Shown one piece after another: positions 1 through 12,449 of a DNA stretch of 64,000 nucleotides. Both the position numbers and the translations under genes were made by a program. How positions within the stretch are numbered: position 1 is the first letter of the stretch; every line of letters begins with the position of its first letter. The DNA lies in the NCBI RefSeq assembly GCF_024521635.1, contig NW_026250423.1:558001-622000 (forward strand), given 5' to 3'. The notes beneath the pieces are model-generated. The model had not been told where the DNA came from. It did no database searches and was given only the letters and a program-made list of their open reading frames with translations. This DNA comes from Tricharina praecox. Lineage: Eukaryota.

Positions 1-2361
1 AGGCTTCCGGCCGGGTGCTTCCACGCCCGAAGCTACCAGTAGCACACTACAGAACCCGGCGCCTTTCGGTAGAGGATTCGTTTCCTCCTCAGCAGCAGCA
101 CGGGCTGCGACTCCTAAGTTCAATCCAGCAGCGCCATCTTACGAAGCACCCCCTGTTGTACGCCCTAGCGCGTTTGGCACACCAGATCCAACCGGACGGA
201 AGAGCAAAGGCAAAGGTCGTGGAAATGACTCCGATGGGATACTCGCTGTGAATCCTAACAGTTTTGCCGCAAGGATGATGGCAAAGATGGGCTACAAGAC
301 GGGGGAAGGTCTCGGAAAGGCCGGTCAGGGTCGACTCGAGCCGGTAGCACCCAAAGTGAGACCTCAGGGTGTTGGTGTCGGTGCGGTCAGGGAAATGTCA
401 GAGCAGGAGAAGAAAGAGGCTCGGAGGGCAGCTCTTCTGCGAGGAGAGATCTTGTCGGACAGCGAGGAAGAGAAGAAGAAGGCACGGAGGAAGAAGCATG
501 CTGGGTCTACCGAAACCACACCCAGCTCGACACCGTTGAGGATCAGGAAGGAGAAGACGAGGTTTAAGACGGCAGAAGAGATTTCGGCGAGTGTTGAGGG
601 CTTGGAGATTCCATCATCGCTGAAAAACATCATCGATTTCACCGGCAAAGAGCAGAAGCTTTTGTCGTCGGCTACTGGACTCATGGTGCAGGCGCCGTCG
701 ATGGACGACGAGAACACGAAACTCGCAAAGATGGCAAGGAGAGACTTGGAAAGCTTCGCAGGGGAGTGGAAGGGACTACAAGATCGAAAAGCATTCATCG
801 ATAAGGAGGAATCGCGACTTGGTGCTGAGATTGATGCGCAGGTTGCCGAGTTGAAACGGCTGGACGACATGGTCAACATTGCGAAGACACTGCAAGCCTT
901 GTCGCTGCAGCGAACAGCCGGGTCCGAGGCTATAGAGGCACTTGTGGTTCAGCTTGAAATGCTACAGGTAGAGTTCAAGAACGAGATTGAAAGTCACGAC
1001 TTGTCCGACCTAGCTGTTTCCGCGTTGCATCCATTGGTACGTTCATTCTTTCCATTCCCCTATCTAATCCAATACTAACTGTTTTGCAGTTCAAAGCAGA
1101 GCTAGCAGATTGGCAACCTCTCAAGGATCCTTTCATGTATCGAGACTATTTCCGCCGTTTAAGCAGAGTCTTTGCTATCCGTTCGAGAGAAGATCTTGAA
1201 TACGAGTATTCCAAGAACGGGTTTATTGAACGCAGCAAATACGCAACACCATACGAGAGCATGATTTTGACTCTGTGGCTCCCTAAAGTGCGTGCAGTCA
1301 TCAACAACGAGTGGGATGTCCACAAGCCGGCACCGGTCATATCCCTCCTCGATATTTGGAGTTCTGTAATCCCATCTTACATACAGTCCAACATCCTCGG
1401 CCAGATCATCTTCCCGAAACTCCGCGCTGCCGTGACCGCATGGAATCCCCGTCTCCAAAAGAAGAAACGAACACCGCCTCCCCACATCTGGGTGTTTCAA
1501 TGGCTGCCATATCTAGGTGGGCACAACATGGACGAGATCCTCCGTGAAATGCGCACCAAATTTGGCGTGATCCTCGACACATGGGATCTTTCTCGCGGCA
1601 CAATCGAAGGTCTTGAAGCGTGGAAGGAAGTCTTCGGCACGGACAAGCTGGAGCAAATCCTAATCCGCCACCTCCTACCACGCCTCGCCGTGCGCCTTCG
1701 CGCCGACTTCGAAATAAACCCCGCCGACCAGATCCTCCAGCCACTCGAAGACGTCTTTAAATGGTCCGACTTCTTCAAACCTTCCACCCTCGGCCGCCTC
1801 ATGGACGCAGAATTTTTCCCGAAGTGGCTATCCATCCTACACCAGTGGCTCACCGCCGACCCGGTCTTTACCGAAGTTCAGCAGTGGTACCTCTTCTGGC
1901 AGGATGTCTTCCCTGCGGACGTCCGCGCTTCTCCCGCTGTCATTGAAGGCTTCCGGAAAGGACTAGACATGGTGAACGATGCTCTTGACCTTGGCGACCG
2001 CGCAGCCAAAGAACTGCCCATGCCCGCCGCCGGTCTTGTCAAGTCCTCCCGCACTACCACCAAGGAAGTCCCGCCACCGCTCAAGCCACAACCCCCAGGC
2101 GAGCTGAAGGAAACAACATTCAGAGACGTGGTCGAGGACTGGTGTGCGGAACACAATGTTCTGCTCATTCCACTACGGAAGGCACACGATGGAAGCGGGA
2201 GCCCGCTATTCAGGATTACGGCGAGCGCGAGTGGTGCTGGAGGCGTGGTATGTTACTTCCGTGGCGACGTTGTGTGGTGCCAGGACCGTAAGGACAAGGA
2301 GATGTGGAGGCCGATGGGGTTGGGAGAAATTTTGGAACTTGTGGAGGGGGTACACCGTTAG
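1..2361 (+). CDS. SPP382: TFIP11/Spp382(Ntr1)-like spliceosome disassembly factor (G-patch + GCFC/TIP domain), 5'-truncated
   Basis: Frame is open from base 2. G-patch motif 'NSFAARMMAKMGYKTGEGLGKAGQGRLEPV'. Intron 1037-1089 (GTACGT...TACTAAC...GCAG) joins in frame to the Trp-rich helical ORF that ends at TAG 2361. Confidence 0.88.
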
Positions 2362-3002
2362 GATATGCTGGGGAGGGGGGAATATGATTAATGAATGACA
2401 CGGGAAATTGCCAGGCGAGGCGGAAGTTGCTGTGATATTCCTTCACGTGATTGTAACCGCTCATAGAGCGGGTGAATTGGCCCGAAAATCCGAGACGGAT
2501 TCCTCGCCAGCTGGGCAACAGATTCGCTATGTTTGGGCTGCGGTTCTCCGGCGCCCCGTCGATACAGGTCTAAATCAGTAGCCTAGGTTGATTTGATTCG
2601 ATATTCCCATATTCACGGGCGAGACCTCTACTGTGTGGGTGTGTGAAGGTACCTACCCTGCTTATGCTCTGAGCCATCAGGCGCAAGCCATCCGCCAAAG
2701 AAACGAACCCATGTAAGTCCTGAAGTATGTACAGTAACTTGAGCTTGTATTCTCTCCACCAAAATCTGGGGGGGGGGGGGGAACACCCAGATTCAGAGCG
2801 AACAGGAACCCCGAGTTCCACCAAAAGTTGAAGTTGAGGATTCAAGCACAAGTGAACGATGATTACTACCTACTATATAGGGAGTATAGCCAACCACTCA
2901 AACCATCGGCACACGGAGCTCAAGGGTATAGGTATGTAAGTAAGCAGGTAAGGAAAATCGAATGCCCAAAGCCATAGGTAGTAGTACGGATACGGTAGGT
3001 AC

Positions 3003-3740
3003 CTATCCAGCTTCATTCGGCTTCTCTCTCTCCCTCAGAGCCAAGTAAAACCAGAAATCAATTCCCTCCGGCACCGGTTCCTTCTCATCCAACTTTTGCA
3101 GCCACGCCAGCACCCTCGTCCTGCGCACCGCCATCTCCCTCCTCGCCTTCTCCTCGTCAACGGGGCGGGCATCTAGTATCACCGCGCACCTTAGCCTTGC
3201 TCTCCACGCACCCCCACCCACGCACCCCACCCACCAAGAAAAACACACGCACGGGATGCACATACTAACCCCACCACTCCTCACCGCCGATGAGCACGCA
3301 CTCCTCATCATCCAAGCGCTCATCCTCGCTATTCTTGCACTTATCGTCGATGAATCTGGGGTCCTTCTTCTTTTTCACTTTGAGGCGCACATGCAGCGCA
3401 CGGATGCACTCGTGCAGCTCCGCGAGCGACAGCAGCGGCACCGTCGCACGCTGGCATAGCGCCTGGAATATGAATTGTGAGCCCCGACGTGTCAGCTTGC
3501 GCGACGTGATGTGCGATAGAAGCTCTGTGAAGTCCATCTTTGCGATCTCGGAGGGCTTGGGCGACCGCAGCGGGTAGTAGCGGAATATGCCGGAGACAGA
3601 CATGGCTGCTTGGTGAGGGGGGAGGGAAGAAGACTGCTGATGGAAACTTGAGAGGAGGCTGGGTGATGGTGCGGGTTCTGCTCGAGTGAGTTGGAGAAGC
3701 TGGACAGGTCGGTGAGCTTCTTCGTGATGAGGAAGGGGAC
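3003..3740 (-). CDS. Hypothetical spliced protein; 5' end uncertain
   Basis: ORFs 3265-3603 and 3003-3323 look joinable across an intron near 3175-3270. The frame is open upstream to an acceptor near 3741, with a GTGAGT donor near 3818. No family recognised. Confidence 0.4.
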
Positions 3741-4934
3741 CTGAACGGGGCCGTTAGTCTACCTGATCTGAGCTTCTGAAGACTCGCAAAACCTGCGAGA
3801 CATGTAGTACCGACTCACCTTGAGCAATGAACTTGTGCTGTGTCTTTTCGGGTCCGAAGTCTGAGATATAGGGAAGTCTCCGAGCTCTCCTGGTGGCTTT
3901 CCCGGTCATCTGTCAAATTCTGATACTACTAGTCGTTTTCCGCGAGTTGGATTTACCCACCTATGGTCTTGTCGTCGTCGAGCTTTGGGTAGTGTGAAAG
4001 ACCCCTCTTCGTGAACTTCTTCTGGCCGGCGATTGATCAGACGGGCGCCCTGTCTTCCTGGATCGATTCACCCTACACACCTGTCACAACGTCTTTACCT
4101 TCTCCTTCGCAAAGACGGTATGGTAGGTATGTTGGAAGAACTGCTAGCTCGTATGTCGTATTTCCTCCCGTTCTCTGCGAAATTTATCAGCCCCACTATA
4201 TAGATATGCCACACCCACCCACCCACCCGTCCACCAGTCCATCACTCGCCCACTTACCTAGATACCTTCTTCTTCTCGTAGGTATATCCTGTTCGTATGT
4301 CGTATGTCGCTTGCTATGTCGTGTGGCACTTCTGTCTAAGACTGTTTCCAACGCAACGTGTGGAGCTGCAGTCTGCAGATGCCCGCGCTTCTGCAGCCGG
4401 TATTTCTCGTAGTTGTGCCCTCTGTCGTATCCTGTGGTTGGTGTTGTTCGCAGTGGAGTCGGGTAAAAGACGGATGTCGAGAGGGAGGGAGGATATTTTA
4501 AGCTGGTGGGAGGCCGAATAAAATGCTAGGGGGAGGGCGGGCGGGCAAGAGCGGGTAAGAGCGGGCGAGTGTCGGCGATGATGTCGCCGGCCCGTTGCCG
4601 GTCTGTCGCCGCTTTGGCACTTGACATCGCCATGTCTGATTATGGGAGAACACTCCAAAACGATGTAAGTACATACCAGGAAAAAAAATAGACGCAAGCA
4701 CCAACATGAAACCTCCCGACCGAACCGAAGTATGCTCTAAGTAAATAGGACAACTCTTTCCTGTACATCACCGCCCTGTCCCCTCCATCGTTCAATCCAT
4801 CGCCCCCATTGTCGATACTAACTCCCGCCCGTTGCTTGCCGAAAACTTTTCCCCCACTCTGATTGGTCATACGTCAAAATGAAGTCCACTCGCCCCGCTC
4901 GGCGCCCGGCCCGGCCCGCACCGTTCCCGTCGAT

Positions 4935-6078
4935 TCATTGAGGGATAAGCCCGCACTTTTCACCCAAGAATTCCACAATATCATCGATCTCGTCTGGCTC
5001 CTGATTACGAGGAAATCTCATCAGTCATCATCATTATCATCATCTCTCTCTTTCTCTCTCGTTCTTCGCCCCACATCCATATGGAGGGGGATACATCGGG
5101 TACAACAGGAAGCGGTGAGGACGAGACCGGACAGCAACGAACCTTGTACCAATGTCCAAACTCCTTGTATCGTTTCCACGTAACGTCCATCCCTAGTCCG
5201 TGTCGGAGCGCACTGTATATATTCCTTCCCAGCTTGTAGTCCACAGTCTCGTCCTCATCGCCATGGGCGAGGAAACACGGGGTCTTGAGAGCATTCAGCG
5301 GCGAGACCCCCGACGGCGGCGGCGGCATCGACAAATTCTCCCTCACGAACGCCAACGCCTCCACCTGCTTCGCAGCGGACGGCGTGGGATATCGGAGTTT
5401 CCGGCCCGATCCCCACTGCATCTTCAGAACAGCATCGATATGATCGGCCTCGGCGCCCCCGGCCTTCTCATCCTCCTCCTCCTCTTCCTCCTCATACTCC
5501 TCCTCGCTCTCACTATCGTCGTCGGTATCATTCGGCCTTGCCGCTGACGCCCTCAGTCCGGCGCCGGACCCGAGTCCGCAGATCTCCCGGATGTTGCTGG
5601 CAAACGGTAACCACCCGCTCATCCCCACGAAGCCGCCGAGCTGATGGCCGAGCGCAAGGAGCACGTGCAGGGCGGTTGCGCAGCCCTGGCTGATGCCTCC
5701 GACGATGATATGGTCGTGCGGGATACCGTTGCGCACCTCGGCCTCGATCAGGGCCGAGAGGTGGATCACAGCTTCCCGCAAGCCCTCTCGCTGCAGGTGG
5801 CCCTGCTCCTCGGGGAAGGTGAGCGACGCCGTGTCGAACCACTCGTTCATGTCCTCCCTGAACGTGGTCGAGTAGCGCACCGCCGTGGTCGGGAACATGA
5901 ATTTGAGGCCTGGGTACAGCGACGGCAGGCTAAACCCGCTGGAGGGGGTGGCGATGTACAGGCCCGAGCCGAACGAGGGCCCGCTGTCACCTCGGCCATG
6001 GAGAAGGATGAGCGTGTGCGTGTGCTCGCCTATCGGAGAGACCACGAACGGTGTGGGGAAAATGTGTGGTTCGGCCAT
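4935..6078 (-). CDS. Phospholipase/carboxylesterase (acyl-protein thioesterase-like alpha/beta hydrolase)
   Basis: Motifs 'LILLHGRGDSG', 'EWFD', nucleophile 'GGISQG', 'AHGDEDETV', 'GHWYK'. Intron 5001-5142 adds the last exon EPDEIDDIVEFLGEKCGLIPQ*. Internal acidic insert. Confidence 0.9.
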
Positions 6079-6456
6079 AGTGTCGGATGGGGTGGGGGCG
6101 GGGAATGGCCGAGATGGCGACTGATGGGCCGTAACTCGTCTGTGGGGCGCGCCCGAACTTGTGGAAGGGGAAGGAGGAGGGCAGTATGAGGAAGGATTTG
6201 CCCGCTACCCACGGATAATCGCACAATTGCCACGCTTTCGACTGACTGACTGAGTGAGTGACGAAAGAAGATGGGGGGTGGGGGGGTGGGGCGGTGGAGC
6301 GGTGGAGCGGAGGAATTTCGAGCTGAGATGGAGGAGTGCACCAGATTGCCGAAAACGCCCTTACTGCTCCTAGGGACTATTCAGCTCGCTTTTTTTCGTT
6401 GGCAGGCCGGACAGGGAAGGTTTGGCGAGGGGAAAGGGGAAGGGGATTTGCCGTAC

Positions 6457-6510
6457 GGAGGGGGATTTGCAGAGAACGGAGGGGATTTGCAGAGAACGGA
6501 GGGGATTTAC
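6457..6510. repeat. 21-bp tandem repeat (CGGAGGGGGATTTGCAGAGAA), about 2.5 copies
   Basis: Directly visible. Confidence 0.8.
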
Positions 6511-9500
6511 AGTGCAGAGGGGAAAGGCTCGAGCGGATTCCGAACTGGCCCCGCCTGGCGCACACATGTCCGCTGTACGCTTTTAGCTGCCTGCAGCCAG
6601 CTCCCAAGAAACGTAGAGACGCAGAGCAAATGTTCTCGACCGACCTGGAGGCTCCGCGTGGGCGAACGAACCAGTGGGATTCCCTCCCTCGTCGAAGCAA
6701 CTGCTGCTTGATGGCCGATCGATGTCCGGCGGAACCGTCGTATCCGGCTGGACACATCCCCGGATCGGGCGGGACTCGTTCGTCCCTTCCCCCTCCCCCT
6801 CTCCCCCACCACCACACCTCCCCCCGCCAACGAACTATTTGTGATGGATCCGATTCTCGCCATGCCCCGCACCACACTACGGAGGGGGCGAAGCTCAGCA
6901 CGTTTTGAGAAGTGCCCGGTGAACCCAGCGGTAATTTGCTGGTGGGGATATGCATGTCTCGTTGTGGACTCCCTCCTGTGGAGTGAGACATAGATTGATA
7001 CGCGCCTCGTCCACAAACAGGTTGTAGATCTCGTCTCCGAGAAGGGTGGACCGCCACTACGCAGCCCATTGGTTCAGCATCCATACCCAGTGCTTTTGTA
7101 ACCGTAGTGGTGGTGGTGGCGGCGGGTCGGCGGTGGTGGTGGTGGTGCGGTTCACGTTCTCAAATCTATGTGTGAGGCGGGCGGATGTCCACGGGAACCT
7201 GTCTACATGTAGAGTACCCGCTCTGGACTAGCCGGCCTGTGGGGCCAGAACGGCTGGGTACCAAAGGCTTCGTTCTGCGGAATGCATGAACCTATCAAAC
7301 CATTCACTAGGCCCTTCTTCAAATCCGAACCTTACGGCCATGCCGCGACTGCTACTGGAAATCCAGCACGATTTATGTACTGAATCATACAGGTACGGAA
7401 TCTTCCCCATTGCTGCATAACGCGTGCACAGTTGTCATAATCTGCCACCGCCCGCGCCGCTCTGGTGATCGGAAAGAAGAAGGAGCTCTAATACTCAGGC
7501 GGCTGTCAGAAACATACTCTAGGGATTCTGCTACAGTACGGTTCGCCTTGTGTATGTTCGAAAGGGGATTCCCCAGTGTCAAGAACCATGCCACCCATTA
7601 CTCCGAACCTGAGGCCTGAGGCCTGAGCTCTGATGTTTGAGGCTTGAGGCTTGAGGCCTGCAGCATAACTAACGATGGCTGCAGTGGACGGCCAACCACT
7701 CCGGACGATCGAGACCGACGAGCCCCAAATTCTTCTCCGTGGATTCATAGGGAGCATACCTGTGTACTAAGTATACATGAGAACTCTGGAGTGGAGTCTG
7801 GACACGAAACTGAAACGGCAACCAACAAGGCAGACAAAGAGGCGAGACGCACACTACATACGATAACGATAACCTGGGCATTTTTCCCTATCCTTATCCC
7901 TATCTAGGGGCCCTGTCTGGCCACCTTCAACTATGTAGAGTACCGCACATATCGTAGCCCCATCATCGACATCGGGTTTCTGAATCTGATACTGCAGAGG
8001 CATGGGATTCTGTGCGTGGAAAATCGAGTGGAGCCGCTCCAAGTCCATGGGCGCTCTAGATCGCCGACCGACCCACCACAGCTCTATGCTCCTGCCTCTA
8101 TAGTAGCGTCACCTACCCGCGACTGCCCGTCGCATATATACCACCGAGGGTACATATCATACTATGGCAGCGGCGGAGGACAGACGGAATACTGCAACAC
8201 ATCTGATTGATTCCGATTCGTAAGAGACACCAGGAAAACAGGCCACCCACACGCCAGATTGTGATCTGTGGTGGCTTGCATAAGTTTGATATGTCCAGTC
8301 GGCCCTCTCCAGGGCTAGCTACCTAGATGGTTCGTTAGCGGTGCTTTTTTCCGTTCATCATTCGGTATTCGTCCCGTACGAGGTTAGCGCCACATCTGGA
8401 GGGAGCAGCTGCTTGGCACGAGTGCGCGGTCGTGACCGCGCCTGCCACCGTCGACAGCGCGGACGAGTGGTTAAAGGCCAGACTTCAGTGGTTCTGCGGG
8501 ATTGTGGGTTTCTCGTTCCTCGCCGCCTCTGGACGGCGCGGTAGGAACGGCTTACCATGGGAACCCGAGACTCCGTAGACTGGGCCGTCCCACCTCCTCC
8601 TCCTGTTGACCATCTACCTACTCACAGCCTTGGTCGGTGATCACCCGTCAACCAGCCACATGGCGATGTCATGAGTGGACAGCTCCACCTAGAGTAGGTA
8701 TTGTACATACAGCTTCGGACCGGCATCGGCGCACATTCACGCAGTCACTTTTCACCGCTCCCCGCGCCGAAGAACCCGCCGCCGATCGACACCTGTGAAT
8801 TGTCGCCGTCAGGGCAGCTCGTAAGGCCATTGGCCACAAACGTCGACGAGGCATCCACAATCCTCCACTCCACCGGAGCCACAAGCCGACACGCTCGGAA
8901 ATCGCTCATCGGGCAGTCCATAGGCAGACAGGCAGGTAGGCAGTCGATGTGGGTTTGAACTTTGAACTTTGGACCCTGAACTTATGCACTCCCGAGTACG
9001 GTAGAGTAAGGCCTAGCCCATCGCCCCCTTGCAAAGAAGTCTTGTGCTACCACATGCGAAGAAGTCAAGCATCCCCCCCCCACCACCACCACCACGTTGG
9101 ATATTCTTCCCGTTGCTAACTACTGCCGTCGCTGCTGGCTGCTGCTGGCTGCTGTGAGTTCCACGTGCGACAGAAAACCGCTGCAGATTTTGCAGATCGT
9201 CACGTACGGTATGTACATACAGAACTAACCCAAACAGCCATATCAGCCAGATTGTGTGGATTTGTTCGCTCCAATGGTTAAATGCAACTCAACTGCCGGC
9301 CGAGTGGGATGTGGAGATGGATTGATGCGATGGATGGGTGGGAAGTAGGTATCTAAACCGGTGGCGAAATGTGAAGACACCGGGAGGTACATACGGTACA
9401 TGCGCGCTGGCTTTCATACATAGAGCCCATGCTTGGGATGACTTTGGGCGGGCGAAACGTGACGCTGCTTCTGACAGATGTGCGTACATACTAGTATATT

Positions 9501-10918
9501 TATGTATCACTCGGCGGTCACGATGATTCGGTTTCAAGCACATGGAAAAGACGGATCTCGGGGTTCATGAAATGTTTGGCCATCGTCTGTGTAAGATTAT
9601 AGATATATCCTATTCTTAACCTCACTCACTCCACCCCCCATCTTTCCCCGCTACTCTACTATCCAAATCTCTTTCCTCAACCCCACGCCTTTCTCTTTTG
9701 AAAGAAAGCCTAGCAGCAGATGAAAAAGAAAAGAAAAAGAGCACCGCCTGTCAGACCTCCATCGCCGCCCACCCTCGTCCCCACCGCACTCGAAAGCACA
9801 GTATACGGGAACTCAGGTTGAGATCATCACCCACCCGTCCCTAAGGACCGGCAAAACAGGCTTCACTCTGGGGCCGCGAGGAAATAGATCATCGTCCAGG
9901 TTGGAGATTCTGTGGCTCTTGTAAAGAGTTCAGATGAGACGATTTACTATAGAAATGATCCCTGATGTGGGGGTTAGTACTCTGTTTGGTGGTGGAGGCG
10001 CGGAAATGGAGGTGGCTGTTGGGGGGTACTCACTATGAAGTAAAATCGCATGAGGTTTGAAAGTTGGGGGAGAAAGGGACTTTTATACTTGGGCCGGCGC
10101 GGCTCAACTACCGGTGAAAATTTCGGTGCGGACTAGTGGCGGTGAAAATGTGCGGTGCGGCGCGGCTTGGCTTGGCTTCGGTTTGGCTTCGGTTTGGCTT
10201 CGGTTTGCCGTTACCCTTCACCACGAGCGCTACAAACAACGCCAGTAGCGTCTCGGTTTGATTCAATCCTTTGAGAGAGAGAAAACATCAATTGGAGAGA
10301 GCAAACATCAATTTGTTGTCGCATATGGCCTGTATAAATTATCTCAATCTTTTGCAAACCATGCTCCCGATTGGCGGTTGTCAGCGAGTGATACTGCATG
10401 CCGCAGCACACTGCTCTCCCCCGTCTCGGGCCGTCTGCATGTTACCACTGTTTTCCGCGGAGTCAAAACGCACTGCAGAAGTCTACATATTGCTCTTCCT
10501 CTCTTGTAGCTGGTTTGGAGCCGTCCCCTCATTGACGAAGATCCACGAGTGAGGACGTGTGAATCGCCCTACTTATAGAGTAAGTACCTACCAGGTCGCC
10601 GATTTTACGGACAGGGGAGATGCTAACAACCTAGGTATTAGGGTGGAAGGGCTGTGATGTTTTTCTCACGACGTGTGGAGCGAGTGGGAGAAGAGCAGTG
10701 AGCCCTGATACTTGCCCAGAAGACAATACGAAATTACGAATCTACGATGGACGGGGATCACAGTTTGGATGATGGAGAAGATCAATGTGGAGCACTTATT
10801 CAACCGTCGAAACCCAGTGACATTGTTATCCCAGCAGAACACTTGATCTATAGACGCATCAGGTGAACCCCAAATCGTTCGTGACATCCTCGGGAGTCGG
10901 GACGTATCAGATGAAAAC

Positions 10919-11545
10919 CTAAAGGTTCTTGACATCCTCAGCGAGCGGCTGTCCGGAATTGTCGACATTTTCCTGTTCCTCGGTCGGCGGCTGTTCGTAA
11001 TTCTCAACCTGCTCCTTCTCTTTGGGCGGATGTTCTTGATTCTCCTCCTTCTCCTGTTTCTTGCTAGTCCTGATGAGCTCGAGCTGCTTCTCGATCTTCC
11101 TGATCTGCTCCTGCACATCCACAGTCTTCTGATCCAGATCCCGCAGCTTCGATTCCTTGTATAGATCACTCCTAGTGTCGTCGAGAGCAACGCATATCTT
11201 CTCGCCCATGATGCGGAGAAGCTCAGATTTGAAAGCGTTCCATTGCAGCACCAGGCATTTCTCGGTGTCGTTGGCCCCCACCATTCCTTGGAAGGTACTC
11301 AAGACTTCCTGGAACGTATCGACGTATTCTTCAATACTCTCTTTGACCTCTGTGCCCATTCCACGGCAGATGCGCGTTTGGTTCTGGGAGACGGCGGCGA
11401 AATCTTCTGCTTCTTCTTGGTAGCGGACAAATTGGTTGTCGCTGTCGGTGTCGTTGTCGGACATCGCGGGCGCTTTCTGTTGGACTGGTGTCAGAAGCTT
11501 GAAGTCGTCTTTTCGTCGTATTCTGTGACCTGTCAGCCCATCCAT
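10919..11545 (-). CDS. Hypothetical coiled-coil protein, 208 aa
   Basis: Open ORF with E/K/Q-rich heptad-like segment. No family recognised. Confidence 0.55.
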   Translation of the reverse strand: MDGLTGHRIRRKDDFKLLTPVQQKAPAMSDNDTDSDNQFVRYQEEAEDFAAVSQNQTRICRGMGTEVKESIEEYVDTFQEVLSTFQGMVGANDTEKCLVLQWNAFKSELLRIMGEKICVALDDTRSDLYKESKLRDLDQKTVDVQEQIRKIEKQLELIRTSKKQEKEENQEHPPKEKEQVENYEQPPTEEQENVDNSGQPLAEDVKNL

Positions 11546-11624
11546 AATGTGACGCCATCTCGAAGAAGAGATGAAATGGTGGGTTTGGTAATGTACTTAC
11601 GTTGCTGGTGGTTGAGAACTTTTC

Positions 11625-12040
11625 TACTCGAGTGAGTGAACGAGATTCGGCTGATGGAAATCGGAACCAAAAGATCACAGGCTTATTCGGTCAGTTTTGA
11701 TACAACACTGTAACTGGTCTGGAAGAGACCAGTGAAGAGAGAGAGAAAGGAGAGAGAGTACACACCTGCGTAGTATGTTCTTGTTGATCCACGAGGAGGA
11801 TCGAAAGCTGTAAGACCGACTCAAAAATCTCACGAGTGACTGAACGAGATTCGGCTGATGGAACTTCGGACTGGATGAACACTGGCTTATTCGGTCAGTT
11901 TTGATACAACACTACCACATGTCCGGAAGCGACATGTGGAGTGTGAGAAAGAGAGAGAGAGAGAGTACACACCTGCGTAGTACGTTCTTGTTGATCAACA
12001 ATGAGAGCCAAAAGCTGCAAAGCCGACCGACTCAAAGATC
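11625..12040. repeat. Tandem duplication of about 204 bp including splice-like signals
   Basis: TGAACGAGATTCGGCTGATGGAA, CTTATTCGGTCAGTTTTGATACAACACT and GAGAGTACACACCTGCGTAGTA each occur twice about 204-207 bp apart. Confidence 0.85.
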
Positions 12041-12449
12041 TATCTCGGTGTCTTCGGTGATGAAAACCTGCACGCCGGCAACGGGGACTTATCCAGTATC
12101 CAGTCAGCTCATCCACGATACCTACTGCATTAATAATTCAGAAAAATGATGATTGCCTTTTGATTGTATTGTTTGAGCTCGTCGAGTCGTCGTTGGTTGG
12201 TAGTGAACTATGAAGAAGTCGGAAGGAACGAGCTTAATCGGTCGAATTTGTCAGGGTTAGTGGGCTCGGTGTGGGCTACGTTTTTCGCTGTGTGGGCTGG
12301 TTGCGACGTGTTTTTCGTGACGGACACGGTTGAGGCCTACACTCCAGCTTGCGAAGTCACTCGTGGTAAAGCCCTCTCTCGTTCGCCGGACCACGAGGCT
12401 CTGGCTGCTTATCTCGTATCTTCCGCACTCCACGAGCTCTCTGGCTGGC

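Noticed and set aside
2490..2560. HDV-like ribozyme (TCCTCGC...GCTGGGCAAC)
   Set aside because: I could not build P1, P2 and P3 with the required pairing and spacing.
3480..3603. Bromodomain-like 'YY...KMDFTELL...KL'
   Set aside because: Resemblance too weak; other bromodomain motifs are missing.
6500..10000. Telomerase RNA
   Set aside because: No TTAGGG-type template found on either strand; kept only as unidentified structured regions.
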